The notes: generated by a model not told the origin, from the sequence alone. A stretch of DNA of 64,000 nucleotides from Acanthaster planci (GCF_001949145.1 NW_019091357.1:438671-502670), one strand, 5' to 3'. Positions 49,601 through 64,000 are shown, counted from the first letter of the stretch. Program-made: numbers and translations.

Positions 49601-50532
49601 CCTTGGACGCTGGAGACATGCAAAGTGCATTGAGCCACAGATCAGGTTCAGCAGTAATTCACACTTAAGACTCGTCGTAAAGTTCTTGCGATGGTCATTA
49701 GCGAGCGACCGTTAGCCAACTGTTGTCTAATGTCTCACCTTGATAAAAAGTGTCAAATGTTCGCCGTGAAATGTTACACACCCTCACTATATGTTTAAAC
49801 AACGAACATTCTTAAGTGTTTTTCGAAGATGACTTTCATCACGGAATTTTGACTGAGACTTCAGTTGTTTTGCAGTATAAACAAAACACCTTTAATAAAA
49901 AGCGTCAACATTAATCTGAAACTCTAGAAAAATTAAAGAAAACCAGTGGTTGTTAAAATTGAAACATTAGATGAGCCAACACTATTTACTGACCAGTTCT
50001 AATCGAAGCAAGAGAGGGGTCAACAAATTCAAACCAAAGCAAACAGTCAAGTTAAGCTACGCGCCAACAGTCCAAGTAAATAAAAATTGATTGAGTCCGC
50101 TTGTATCATGTTTGCTGAAGTCGTGTATCAGTTTGGTATTTGAAAGAGAACTGTAGTGTAGCTGCTGGAAAACATCTCGTGACGTATATACACAGGCGAA
50201 AACCCCCATTTTGTTTCATGAGATACGGGAGCGCTGCTCTTAGATAAAACATTTCCTCACTCCTCCAAAAAAAGGTGAGAAATGGAGGACAGGCGCTTGA
50301 CACAATGCACTTGTGTTTCACTCTCCACGGATGAAAACGCTCCGTGTCTATGGATGCAGCAAATTCCCCGTTATTAGGTCACAACGTCATTGACAAAAGA
50401 CTCATCATTTCACTAGGATAAAGAAGATTGGAAAGACACAGGATCAATTATTTTTCTGACTCCACAGTTTCCCAATTAATTACCATGGGAACACACTCTT
50501 TTTCTTTAATCACGGTGAAGGTAATAGCCGGT

Positions 50533-50546
50533 GTTTCCATGGCAAC
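50533..50546. promoter_or_regulatory. RFX X-box consensus GTTTCCATGGCAAC
   Basis: Exact fit to GTTNCCATGGNAAC, within the extended palindrome gtgtttccatggcaacac. A half-site ccatgggaac lies ~50 nt upstream. Function unproven. Confidence 0.45.
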
Positions 50547-51698
50547 ACATCATCATCGAGTCTTCACAATATTACTCTCCGTCCCGTCCCATACGTTGTC
50601 GATTCTCATTTCCATGAAAGTGTGTCCTCTCAAAGTGAAATGGGAGCAAGAGGGAGGAACAAAAACGTGTGTGTAGCCACGGCCCGTTTCCACAAATGGC
50701 ACGAGCCCCGGGCTCTTTTTCTCGATAACAGCTGTCTTCTTTCATCTGCACATCACAAAGATCTGGATTTCTATTGGTGGCGCTCTATTCTATGGCGCTC
50801 CTATTTGCATCTTTACACAAAGGGGTTATGTCCCAGTGCTGCTCTGCAAGCAACGGTCGAAATGATGCGTGCTGATGAAAAGCTTGTGACTGGTGCCCAA
50901 CGATGTTTTATGCTAAGCGGGATAATGCTAAGTCTTTGGTTAGCGTGTTTGACTGGAATATTATATGGTTTCGTCTCAATGTTTGGCTGCGGCTGATAAT
51001 ATCACCCTCGCCTATGGATGCCAATGGCTAGTGGCTATACGTCACTTCTCATGTGTGCTCCTGGCCGCAATTAGTTGATTTGGACACGGCTTATCCACCT
51101 AGAGCAGAAGCACTCCCTCATCGGTTGAAAAGAGCCATGTCTTTTCAATGCAAAATCCCCTTTTAAAGAAAAAAGTGCGTGTGATGGATATCTTTTCAGG
51201 GAAATTTGCGCTCTTTGTAGCATGGCCACATGAGGCAATGAGACATGGGAAAGGAAGCTTTTTCTTTCAGATTTCTTTGCTTATCATGAATTGGAAGCAA
51301 TATTGGTGGCAAAAGTACTGTAAGCTACAGTTCGCTGGTAAAGTTATTCGTGGCTAGAGAAAACGATAGCATCGATGGGTCTTGGCTATGGAATTCATTA
51401 GCCTGTAGACCTCAGAATGATGTATAGGCTGTGGAAAAAATCCTATATCTGGGGCAGGCGTGTTTGCACGACACTGAACACCAATTTCGTTTGTCAAATA
51501 CACTCAATTACCGTTAGTACACTCGGAAGAATCCTCAGACACCGAGTTTCAAAGCTTCAGGATTCTTCTGGGAAGTTTAAATATTAACTTAAAAGAGAAT
51601 GTCTTCACCCCTAATTGAGAATGATGCATTGAAGACCAAGACGCTCACATTATATCGTCCAAGACTAATTGAAAAAGGCCATTGGGAATGCTATTCAA

Positions 51699-51785
51699 AA
51701 GTGAATACCAAACTTGGCCAATATCACATCCCCTTAAAGGAAGTGAATACCAAACTTTGCCAATATCACATCCCTTAAAGGAAGT
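51699..51785. repeat. Tandem duplication of a ~42-bp unit (2 copies)
   Basis: aagtgaataccaaactt(g/t)gccaatatcacatcc(c)cttaaagg twice, differing by one substitution and one indel. Confidence 0.9.
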
Positions 51786-54700
51786 AAAAGCTAACATCAA
51801 AACAAACATTTTTTTCATTACACGGAATGAAACATGTTTTTCTAAACCAGACACTGAAGAACAGGATAGGCCTATGGATGCTCGGGATCCAGTGGGTAAA
51901 GGTTTTTTTTTTTTTTTTTGCAATCTGATGTCGTCATATCAGCTGTGCTTGCATAAACACACGATGTCATAATTCATCATCAATAAACAACAGGTTGATT
52001 GATTGCTTAAGTCATCATTCAAGGAAGAGAAAAGCATTTACGAATGTTACAGTACAAAGTACGCGGGCAAACTGCACATACCATTACTCTCAGACATTTC
52101 ATGAAGTCACATGTGCATTAGATTTTAGTAACAGCACGAATATTCGTTAAATTGGCTTACGTAAACAGGTTTACTCCTTTAAACATAATTACAAAAGCAC
52201 CGGATTCCTCTTTCCGACAGAGTTAAAGGACAAATACATTACCGTGCTAAACAGTGCTTTAACTTGTCCCAAGTAGCTTCTTAGCGTGGGTGGGATGTTA
52301 TTGGAAATGCCGGCTGTAATTCCGCCCTTCCTATTTCACAGCACTTTCGCAATTATGGTGTGTACACAAGGAATGATATTGTAATTAAAAAGAGAACGAG
52401 AGATCCTTCATTTCCGCTACTGACAGTGAGTCATTATACCTTCTGTCGCATCACAGAAACTTATGTGTACGTGTCGTTTATAAATTTGACAAAGTGCCGG
52501 TTTGGGTCAAAATATCCTTGTTATCCAATGAAAATGTAACACACGAGCTAACAAGAGAGGCTCTTGGCATGTAACATGTAGGCTGAAGTCATAACGAAAC
52601 CGCTTCGCTTTGAAACAGTGAAACAGGGAACAGTGCATTAATGTCTAACATGTTACTAGATGCGCTTATCACCGATCGTTTTTGCTCCTCTTTTCTCCAC
52701 TTCCGTCTTCAATGTCTTGACGTCGTTCTAGACACGAGGAATATGGTAAGAGCTATGTCCACTTGGGGTCCGGATATTTTGGTAAGGTTACGCCGTGCAC
52801 TTTCAATTGTTGGTATAATATAAACATGCTAAATCCGACTGCCATTTTCACGTGCTACTTAAGGAGACCATAAATCAGGAACACTTCACTAAATTGTACT
52901 AAAACCCTTTAAATTGCACCTCTGGGTTTCAAACCTGATATTAAATTTTTGTTTTGCAATTTTAACCCAAAATTTTGGAGTTTTTGGTTTTATGCTTATT
53001 CACATTTGCATATTTATGAGCGAAACTATGATGTAATCCAAGGCATTGAACCTTAATGTTGCACTGATTTGTGCACAGAAAATTTCTAGATTATTTCAAA
53101 CATTGCTATAATCGCAGATTCCATTTCCTTTGGCAATTTATTGTTGTGTAAACATATGGCAATAAGCCAGCAAGGAACCTTTTCACAGAAATGTTTTCAG
53201 ATACCATATTTGGAGTTCATAATTTGAACATGAAAACATGCATACTAAACCACGTCTTCCTGGATTTATAACAAAGCAAAAGCGCCCTCACTTGTCCACA
53301 AATGCTTGGTCAATTTTGAACGTTTAAAAAGAGTACTTTTCACTCCTCGTAACTCAAACAAATGTCAAACAGTATTTAACGAAGTAGAGTACTGCGATAC
53401 ACAAAAAGTGATTCTAAGAAAAAATTATGTCATGGATTCTTTCACTGTGTATAGGTCTAAAACAGTAAACGAGTACCAGTGATAATGGAAACTGCGCGAT
53501 TTCTTTCTTTTTATTTGACTGTTATAAACTTAGGAACATGCAGTTTCCTTCAAAAGCAACCAAAGCTGGAGGTCAAATTACTTCTGTAGCGTCAGTTGAT
53601 GGTGCAAACTGCGAATTCGAAAGGTCATCATTTTAAGGCAGGACCCTCGAATGAGCATGCAAAATGAATGACTTGAGTAACTTTACGAACACGTATTTTC
53701 TTTTAATTTGCCTTTGGTGATTTATACCTGGTTGGTTTAATAGCAAAATAAAACACTTCAACATATTGAATGTACAAGGCAAGGTACTTCTTAACGAGAC
53801 ACAGTTCTAGCTGAGGCTAGTGACCTGACATATCCGACAGCTAGCCTACTCTAATCATCTGCCTGTATGTCTGGTCACGTCAGTGCTATTACTTGACACC
53901 TGAGTCTACCGACCGACCGACACAGTCATTACCAGCATTGGGAGGAAGATGAAACCAAACACACAGCCCAAGCTTGAGCAGCCCTACTCACTATACGGCT
54001 TGGTATAGGCCTAGTGCCTTCCCCCATGGAGCGGCTTATAGTCCCTCGCCTGTAATCAAATTGTTGCTGTTATTATTATTGTAATCTTCATGCACTCTGC
54101 TAAGCTGCAATCGGCACTGATCATATTGTTGTAGTTTCTTTCGGCATGAAGCCTGCAGTCAGTTTTTGTGATGATTACTTGAACTGAGAAAATCAGCCTG
54201 TTAACTTTTTCGCCAGACAGTAATCACTTTTCCCCCAACTGTCTGTGGACGTGGGACCTTGTTATTTTAGTATTCGTTTATGTAAACTTGCTCTAGGGCT
54301 GGAAAGGAGAGCAAGTTTTTTGGCAATAGAATGGCATAATCTTGTTAAGAAAACCTGCCATACGGATGTTGAACTGAGATGGCCAAATTAACGAAGCGGC
54401 AAGGAAAACAAACAGAAGAGTTGTACTTTCTTAGTACTTTAGACTACTCCTTTCCCATGACTTTTCTTGATATCAAAGCCATTTCATGCTCGTCATCTCG
54501 CACCTTTATGCATAGTTAAGTGTAGTGAACCTTTCAAATTATGAGCCTCAGATCACTCCCCGACGGCAGCCTGTCTGTGAGAACCCAGCTGGACCAAGAG
54601 AGGGCGCATTCTTTCTGGCAACAGAGGCACCTTTAGTGGACACTGCACTTCGCTGGTTCACAAACGACTATGAAATGCATTTGTTACGGCCTCCTCGATA

Positions 54701-57700
54701 CCAACAAAACGAACATCCGCACCAACAGGGCTCATTGCAACCGATGAGGTTGTGCTCAAGGCGGATATACCATTTCCTCAAATCGTTCCAAGTCTAACTC
54801 AACAAATCCTTGTCTGTATTACACACAGAACAGAAACTGTACGAAGAAGACATTGGAAAAGTATAATCAATCTTTTCAAATGACTGAAAAAGTTTTGAAC
54901 CCCATACTTAATGAAGTAAAAAGTGTACTCAAGTTCATCAATTCGAGCAAATTCAGAAATCTCAGAAATCAAAGGTGACGCAAACAAACTATACAAAATA
55001 TTTTGGTACGTTGCACATTTCGAATAACTGTTAAAACGTTTCACAGGTGTTCGTAGCTACAATGGCGAATGAAATCGACCAGGATCGTAATGCTAACAAA
55101 CAAACGTTCCACAAAATGTTAGAAACAAAGCACTGAATGTTAAATTTACGTCGACAGATATTCGAAAAGATGTTCAATAACCGACTAGATTTCATTCTCA
55201 GAAACAGCTGACAGACGTATTGAAAAACGGAGTCCTGACTGAGCGAGAATATCAATGGGAAAAGTTACCAAATAAAGAATAATTCTTCAGCCAAACAATG
55301 TCGAACGTGACATTTGAAAGCGCTAGCAAAACCCACAAAAGGCAGAATGTGTAAACATGTACTATCCACTAACTGGAGTAAACAATTTTTTTTACTTACG
55401 TAGAGATAATAGGCACTGTGTATGAGTTGATCAAAAATGTCCCATTCCCGATTTGGGTCAAGGATTGAATCCAGAGAATGAATGAAACAATGGGAAAAGG
55501 TCATGGTTATGGATTTTTAGTTTTGGGGCTTTTTAGTTTTTGCAATGAAGATTAACGTTTCATATAGTGTATATTATCTATTTGGTTAAATAAGGACAAA
55601 ATACAAGAAAAAAGGAGAGTATAAAATTGTGACGAACAAGTCGAGGCTTGAAATCCCCAAAAGGTACGATCTCTGTTGCCGATAAATAAGAGCCCATTTT
55701 CCTTTCATGGTAACTTCTTGACTTCGATCGCATTGGCCATTGTGGCTTGTCGTTGCTAACAATTCTCGCGTGTTGGCAACGGTGACGTGTACATCCTTTG
55801 TGATAAATTAAGTTCACCGTTGCAAATGACGCGCATTGTTGCCTTGTGTATTAATGACGACGGAAAACGGATGTGATATTCATTACAATGATTACGACAC
55901 GGATTTCTTGAACTCAAAAAATGTATATATTTCTTTGGACAAATAACCATAAGGTGAAAGAAGCTGTTTTGATATTATTTACGACATTTGATCAGAATTC
56001 TGCAGCAGTCTTCTGAAGCAGAGTTCCTTTTTGCTTGGCTACTATTTGTGAGCATGTACTGAAGGTGTTACCGAACAACATTTTTCAGCACTGATTAACA
56101 TTCACCAATCAGTCACCCCCCATAAATAGCACACACACACAAAATCAATTCTGGCTCAAACAAACATTAATCCTCACCTTACGCTCACAAAAAGATATAA
56201 CTTTTTCTCAGGAAATATATCATTATTCCCAACTTTGTTCAAATTCTATGACTTTCAGGGAAACACCCTGAACAACATCCAGAGATGTTCACGAAGATGA
56301 TCGCTGATTCCATCCGACATAAAGTAACCATAAATTATTGAAATCAGCCTCGTCCCCCACAAGTTACTCGTTCTCATTTTTTCCTCTTTTATACCCGTGA
56401 CTTATGGTATGACTCGTTTCCCGACGACTCGTCCATAAATCCGATCAAATTGGAATTTGATTCTTACCAAATCCTTCAGAGACCCATATCTTGATGTAAC
56501 CAGCAACCTTTTCGAGAATCGATTGGTTTCAGCAACCTGGCTCGGTTACTCTAAGCCTCGAGCCTATCTCACTCCCTTACTCCACTATTAAATCCTAGGA
56601 AATTACACCTTGAGTGTCACACACAGAGAAAGGTAGATATGTAATATCAGAGGTGGGTCTTGCCCAGGAAGTCTGTATTTGTAACTGTTATTATAGACGT
56701 TCAGCAAGTAACCGGTTAAAAGGGTTTCTGAAATCATATGGAAATTTGCATGAAAGTGGTATTTAATTTCATTGATATACAGGAGGTTTAAAAGACAAAA
56801 CCAATCTGAGGAAACATTGGTGCGCCGACCTAAAATTTGTATATCAAGTTATTTGGACAATCGTCCATCTTACCACAAATAAGCACTGCAAAACACAAAC
56901 ATTGGTGTTTTCCATTTTTGGTCTGATTATCACGACTGCCAACGGCCCTTTATGAATTAAAGATACCAATCCGACGGTTGATCCATATACTGGACACTAA
57001 TCTCGCCGATAGCTTGTATTGCTTCTCGTTGTTTACCACATCTCGATTTCCGAGACTGATCAGCACGCATACCGCTGCTGCATTCAGGTGGTGGGGATAC
57101 CGTTGCAGCTAGGTATACCCCAGGGACATGACGCTCCTCCAAAATAACATTGGATGAAATTGTCAACTGTATTCTTCTTCACTTCTATCAAACATTTCCC
57201 TTGAAAGCAGGTTTTCAGTTTTTTTCAGGTTTGAGTTATTTCAGTGCGGCATGCTTAATGACGTTCGAACAATTTTCTAAGGGAAGTTTACATAAATTAC
57301 AGGCCTAATAAATAGGTTCTAACTTTTATCAGAAAAGCAGACGGAAAGGGAATTGATTGGTGACTTATTACGTCCACTCCTCTGTTCCGAATTTCTTTCG
57401 TAATTCACAGTCAAGCCATTTACGAAACAATTTCGTCTGCTCTGACTGGAATCAGTTTATGGGAACTGGACGTGGTTTATGCTTAAATGACATCCCACGT
57501 GACTTGTGACGTTAAGTCTCAGGCTTCAATACGGAGCCGATGAAATTTGGAGCCGTGTACACTTTGACGACCTCGTTATCGTCGGCAGGTCTAATCCACG
57601 TAATCAGCGGAAACAAGTTTTCATTAACAGTCCTTACAGAAGCGCAGCTGCAGTCACATTGACACCATAAGCCTTTTAAGCCTTGTGGGAAGGAGTTTCG

Positions 57701-60700
57701 TTGTTTCGTTCATTTTCTTTTTCCCACTGTGCGTTCGCGAAACGCAGGTGTTTATAACTGAATTGCTAATCCACGTTATTATCATTATTTTTAATAGTCA
57801 CTTACTGGTAAGGTCACTGTCATATAATATCACAGTGGAAGCATATGCCATATTTTAAGTTAAATTTCTGACAGCATAGATAAAAAGAAACGCCATCAAG
57901 AATTGTGGAAAAGCAGACAAAATTCCAAATGATGCACCGTATAGCAGAGAGTCGAACAGACAATTCTAGATCAATATCTTCAGTTTACAACATCCTGTTC
58001 ACAAACCGCCGACACAGCCCGTAACGATATTGCGATTTGTCCATTGACGTGGATGATACTCAGCCGCGGCAGTGTGAACCACTGGCAGGCATCAGTCTGT
58101 GATCCTTCCTACCATGGAGAGACGTTTCCTTGATCCCCTTTGACATGGCAATATGGCCAAGGATTGCCTACACTGAACAAACCAATCCACCACCAATTCC
58201 CCCTGAGAAACGCATGGATTGTGTTACGAGCATATCGCACGAGCTATTGGAGAAACCTTGTGTAAGGAAACTGCATAATAATTCGACCATTCTGCATTTT
58301 TCCTTGCAGTCCAGTTATTTACATCCAAGAATCAAGGAATACCAAAGACACTTCAACCAAATCCCCGCGCCCTGTGGAATAAGAGCATGGAAAATCGTAT
58401 TTTATGCAATTTCTTATAGTGGACGTGTACCTAGCCAGTGCACTGATCCACTGACACTGATTTTTTTCTGTTGAAATTGCCAAAGAACTGAACATACGAG
58501 CGACCAGATCTTCAAATCAGTCAATTAGAAGAACCAAGTTACACCTTTTGTCTAGACATGTACGGTGCAAGTACTGAATCTGAAGAACGACCAGTTGCTT
58601 TATGACATTCAACCAAAATGAAAGATTTTAAATTTAATGCCAGAATGAAACGTTGTAGTAACTAAACTATTGCAGTTTTGGAAATATTTGGCAAATACAA
58701 AGGCAACAGAAACTGAGGACTTTCATTTTCGAAAAAGACTGAAAAAATTTCTAGTTTCTTGTTTGCCCTGTCTTGACTTTTTCGTAAGAGGGTACCGTCA
58801 TCTGTAGGTGAAAAAAAACAACTGATTACTGTGAAAACCAACGCGCAATATAAACGCGTCTTCGCGTTAATTGTACACATGTAGCTTTTTAAAATTAAAC
58901 ATCTCTTTGGAAATAAACGTGTTTGGTGTTCAGAACGTATTACCAACCGATAAACAAGTTTTTGTGTCTTGTTATTAACACCCCAATGTGTCATTGTGTC
59001 TAAATTTATTAACACATCAACATGTACGTGTTTAAAAGATAAACACCACAATGCATTCATCTTTGGATTATTATAACCACAACACGTTCATAAAGTGTTA
59101 TCAGGAAGAGGTGTAAAAGGCGTTAAAACATTCAGGTTTTTTTTAAGTGTGGATAAAATGTCTCTTGTAATGAACAAAAATAGTTCAATCTCTTCGGTGT
59201 TCGGCGAAATAGTCAGGAGATTCAATACAATGACTGTTGTTCGTGACTGATCGCTTTGTAACGGCCTCTTCCATGCACATATAGGGAGCAATCATCCTAG
59301 CATCACGTACACATGCTATCGAGGGGCTAAAGGCGGTGGATATTGGAGTGCCAGCATCATATCACGGCGCGCTAGATATTCAATGGGCCCTTGTCAGGGT
59401 TTCAAGAGACTTAAAGAGGACGGCGAACGGTTCCAAGGGATAACTCGACCTGCTGCACTATCTGACCTCGCAGTAATAGGGCTCCTAATTATTAAGACAG
59501 AAATGGGGCACTATAATCGACTGAAGACAATCAACTCTGTCTATACATCAATCTGAAAACTGAAGACTGCGACGATTGTGACCTATAGACAAGAAAACAA
59601 CTCAAATACTTTCCCGTGAACCTGTCACAAAAGACTGCTCGTAAAAGAAGAGCTCGATTATTAATCTATGAAACCATGGACCAACGGCCAAGTGTTACCG
59701 TAACAAAAGGACCTGTTGAGTAATTTCACTTAATTGTGACCAATAAAAATGCAGAAATCACAATGAGAGATTCGTGTGTCATCCTCTGGGCAGAGTATAT
59801 CTATTGTGGTATGGGGAACAGAAATACCACTCCATTTCACACTAGTAGCCATCATTCCAGCTGTTCGAACTGAAGTGCGTACCCCCGGTACGTCGCATAA
59901 GCGTTTTGCGATGCGTCAGCCTTGGCAAACACAGATATTCATTTATTTATAAAACCCTTTCTTATCTTCCTATCACTCACGCCTGGTTTATAAGGTCTGA
60001 AGATCCAACAGATCTTAGTTTAATGTCAAATGCGTGTATGACGCTATGCGCAACCATTATACAGGCAAACTGAGCAAAGAGCGTCATTATAGCAATTCCA
60101 ACTGCCGCGCTTTGCCGTACACATAAGCCTGTGAGCTTGCTAAGGACTCTGGACAGTGAAGGTTACTGGCCAGGGACAAAATAACGAAAAAACCTGTTGG
60201 TCATTTGCAAAATCGTAACTTTCAGGGATTTTGTTTTCAAAGGTCATGCTGGCCAATTTTTTCCCCTTCAGTTTTTTTTCGGTTTAGGTCTTTTTAGCAA
60301 GGTCGGCGGGAAAAAAGCTCTTTTTTCCGTGATCGGGAGCCCAAAATAGGGTTGGTCGGAAATGAGAACCATTTATAATAAAAAGGGTGCCCTTGGACAG
60401 AATAAAAGTGCACTGTGTTACCTAATTGAAAACATCTCGACAACGAAACATGAACTCCTAATGATATTATCAGTATAAGGAAACACTGCCAATTTTACTT
60501 TGATACCCAAAACAACAGTTTCTGACAATTATTTTGGCTGAAAATAAATGTTACTTTAGGGGTTCCTTTTTGGGGGCGACACCCTGTGTATATACACACA
60601 CTGTAGTTTTGTTTAGTGAAATGAAAGCTTTATCTTCATATTTCCGAACACTTGACCGACCACTACTGACTCTTAAAAGGTACAATTTGTCTTGTGTTCC

Positions 60701-60764
60701 GATGTTACAAAAACACCAATTTATTTCCGAAGACTGAGCACACTGAGGGCATTTTAGCTTTCCA

Positions 60765-62300
60765 TTGAGTATATACATCTACATGTACATCGAACATCGT
60801 GTAGAGTTGGCCGTGCACTCTTGTTTAATATCCGTTTTACGGGAGGCATTGCACGAGGGCATAGTCTTCTATCATGGTGATGTTACTTCATCTGGGCTTG
60901 AGTTCAATACTCAACAGCTGAAATCTGAAATACAAAACAACATTGCTGAGAGTGAAAATAGATTAATTATGAGATGGAAACTTTGCTAGATACATACACA
61001 CCAAGAGGCTCTACTGTATTCACTGAACAACAACTGCTGTTTGAAATTAAAGCGACTCCGTATTGAATTGGCAAAGAAAGCAGAGGAAGATGGGGTATTA
61101 CATATGACAGATGTAAAGCTTCTTAAAGATCCAACGTTTCACAAGCTAAAATACGTCATTAAATTTTCCAGGCTAGGATTTGAAGAAAAAAATGTTGTAA
61201 TTTCAGAAAAGAATGGCATCTTTAATCCAAAGGATGAAGAGGACAGTTGACCCAAACAACGCATCGAAGTGCATTTGAAAGCTGAAACACTTTTCTTGTT
61301 ACACATTTGCTCGTTGATGTCACAGCGTTTGGTATGCACAAAGCTAGCTCGACACTCTGGCTAAAGCCTGCTCTATGAAAGCTTTCCCGATAATTGTTGG
61401 AGCAATTTACATTTAATATTGTAACCCGATAACTTGCAAACACGACAAAAGATTAAGTTTGAGGAAGAAGATTTAATCAAGCAAGAAGCCCTGCTTCAGC
61501 GTGGGACCAGATCCGGATGGAACTGAGCGTCAATACACCGGCAGAAACGCGATCCCCTCCTGAATAGTACCAAGCAAGATGTGAATGTCGAAAGGACGAA
61601 AAGGAGTCGCCAAGAAAAGGCATTTGAATATGTCCGAGGCAACCAATGCAAGCTCCAAAGTCCCATGGAAGAACGTCGAAGGTGGAACAACATCAAAATG
61701 TACTCGTCAACACTGTTCACTGAAACATAGGCGATGTCCTCTTCTATTGTAGTCATATTATAATTATGTATTCAAAAAATGAACGAATCCAGTGAACAAG
61801 ATTCGCCAACGTTTTAATGTTAAACAATCTATTAAAAGTCTATGATTTTTTGTAATAACCATAACAATTACGGTTGGAACTATGGTTTTATGTTATACAG
61901 TTTTCCAACGTTCCATTCACAATGCATAAAAAGACTTAAATACAAAACACGTGTAGTTTGTGTACTAGCTAGCGGTTAAGTTAAGACCCGGCATAAGAAA
62001 CGTGACACTGCACCTGTCATTCAGAATTATCCACTGTGTTATACGTCATCTTTGACAGAATCAAAATAATTGATGACATACGGTGCCCAGAGCGGAGTTC
62101 ACTCAAATGTCTTCATCCGGAACGTGCTTTGGCATGTCACGGGTACAGATCGACATACAGGTACTTGGCAACGGGTGGTTTAGTACAAGTCGTTATCAAC
62201 CACTCAGAGCATCACATAAACATTTCATATTTGACTGCTGCAACACTGTTCAACCGATACTTCAAAGTTAAACTTGTGATGGTAATCATCGGCCACGGAA
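60765..62300 (+). pseudogene. Probable heavily decayed hAT-superfamily (ZNF862-like) transposase
   Basis: Broken + strand frames give, in the order expected for hAT: EHRVELAV (cf. CxxHRLELA), VFYH, MRW (cf. TRW), KLLKDPTF..SRLGFEEKNVVISE (cf. LSxxFQxxxv), then ER-(frameshift)-FTQM and YRST..GLVQVVIN (cf. ERxFS..RSxL of the dimerisation domain). Many stops and frameshifts; similarity judged by eye only. Confidence 0.4.
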
Positions 62301-64000
62301 TCATCGCTGGATGCCCAGAGTTAAAGTTACTGTGACCCCCTCTACAAAGAGATGTGCAAAGCTCTCACTTCAATACTATACATGCGCAATATCGTGGCAT
62401 CAGAGCTCACTCAAAAATAATTATACTGGTAGCATTATAAAAAGGGTAAATATGGTGTTATTATCATAAAATTACTGCTTTTAATAATGACATCAGTTCT
62501 TTGCTTTTCATTTGTACCTTAAAAAGTATTGTAATTAAATCAATAGGACGGTTGACACATCCGTGGCTGCTGATGACTCTCACTGACACTCTGGGAAAAG
62601 TTTTAACTTTTGTTTAAATTAAGCCAATTTATCTACAGGCTATAAAGGTTCGATGAAATCTCTCCTACTGGAAGTTAAATGCAAGGTTCAAAGAACCTGG
62701 ACTGATGAACCAAACCAAACCAAAATAAAAATCCATTTCGTAAGTGGCAATAAAGCAAATTTGTTTTTGTCATTTCCAGTCAGTGCTCTTTGGCACCGGG
62801 ATTGTGCGTGTGATTTCCCACAACGACTTGGCCATTGACACCACTGCTATCACAAAGATTACCGCTATGCACAGTGAAATGTCAGTCACTCCCGCTGCGT
62901 CAACTCTTGAACCAAACGCATGCGTGACAAAGAAATTCTGGACACCGAGTTTTGGCGCACGAAAAAACTGAGACAGCAACAGCCCGCCCATCCAACCTTT
63001 GCACCAGAGCGAAACGCTTCCATTCAACAGAGTGGTATTGCGAATATGATACGAGACCGCAATCTCAGGTTTCTACCATGCTGTTTGTCCCACCGTCTAT
63101 TCGTGAAAGGAGGGAATAATGCCAGTGATAAATAATGCTCCGACACTCGGGCGAAGTATTATTTCTTTGGAGAGGTAGCTGTACCACGCTATTCCATGGA
63201 GGTCGATGTTACCTCGGCAGAGTAAGCATTTTTTCCCTCCTTCGCGGCAATTGGCTGTGAAAAACTGTCAAGGGGAACTATTTTTGGATGCGTGATGAGG
63301 CCCGTTTTGTCCACTTTCCTCAGTCGGTTGTTGATATTAAGATCTCGGCAAGGTGGTAGTAAAAGTGTATGATGACAATGAGTTAAGTATGGAAAAAGTG
63401 TTACATAAAACAGGAGCACGGAAAGAACAGAATGAAAATAATTTTCTTTCCAAATGCCATTTCTTGTATTTCCACTAACGTACATTTCAAACCAAAACAA
63501 AAGGCAACAGGCTAAAGTGGACGTTAGCTGTCTACTGTGTTATCAGTGGCGATTTGTTAGTCCGTATCGGCGGCAGGAATCACAGGGAAATTGCTCAGGA
63601 GAGTTTGAATAGGAACCAACAAGTGGGAGAAAAATAGCTGGAAAGGGTTGTGATGAACGATTCATATAGCCTGTATTGTACAAATCATGCCCCACAAAAT
63701 AGAAATCTCACCAACAAAAGTGTTTTGTTCCTAAGTCTCACCACAAAATTGTCAGGTATTCTCTGGAGAGTATTCCCAGGAATTCACTAACTGATAGATG
63801 TAAGGCATATCTGACATCGTGAAAAGCTACATGAGTTATAAACGTGTTTTAATTAAAAACCCTTCATACAAACAATGCATCTGAGTAACCTGTAAAGGGT
63901 GATGAGGTTCCTGTGTTGTCCTCGAAAATGTTTTCTTTAAATAAGATGATATCACAAGTTTACAGTCACAAACTTCATGTTTGATTGAGAAAGAATCTTA

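Noticed and set aside
52859..53056. TTAA-flanked (piggyBac/Kolobok-like) element ttaagg...ccttaa
   Set aside because: Complementarity does not extend beyond 6 nt, which is expected by chance in AT-rich DNA.
56800..57170. Penelope/GIY-YIG retroelement remnant
   Set aside because: Only vague resemblance (RCGK, NLIYK) with the key Cys and YIG residues absent; it cannot be supported without a search.
62744..63135. Possible coding exon after the acceptor-like tttgtcatttccag
   Set aside because: Overlapping short ORFs on both strands, no recognisable domain, and no partner exons found.

Overview
Eukaryotic (animal) genomic DNA: AT-rich, GT-AG spliced genes, and no bacterial-type features. A marine invertebrate such as an echinoderm is my guess from gene and repeat style, not something the sequence proves. 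I assembled three spliced genes by hand, each with continuous reading frame across all junctions. (1) A 17-exon, ~800-aa class C GPCR of the GABA-B receptor family on + (3605-14387), with a divergent Venus-flytrap domain. (2, 3) Two tandem 9-exon, 448-aa paralogues of the TINAG/TINAGL1/Swim family on - (15594-19887 and 29707-34602); these are secreted somatomedin-B plus catalytically dead cathepsin-B-like proteins. Introns and spacers carry many short fold-back (MITE-like) elements, a hAT-type non-autonomous element, a tRNA-derived SINE fragment and minisatellites. From ~39 kb to the end I recognise no intact gene, only repeats, an RFX X-box, isolated candidate exons and a probable decayed hAT transposase. 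I found no clearly new biological system. The best leads are the orphan GABA-B-like receptor, the mosaic divergence of the TINAGL pair, and candidate non-coding spliced transcripts. All family assignments come from recalled motifs, not database searches.
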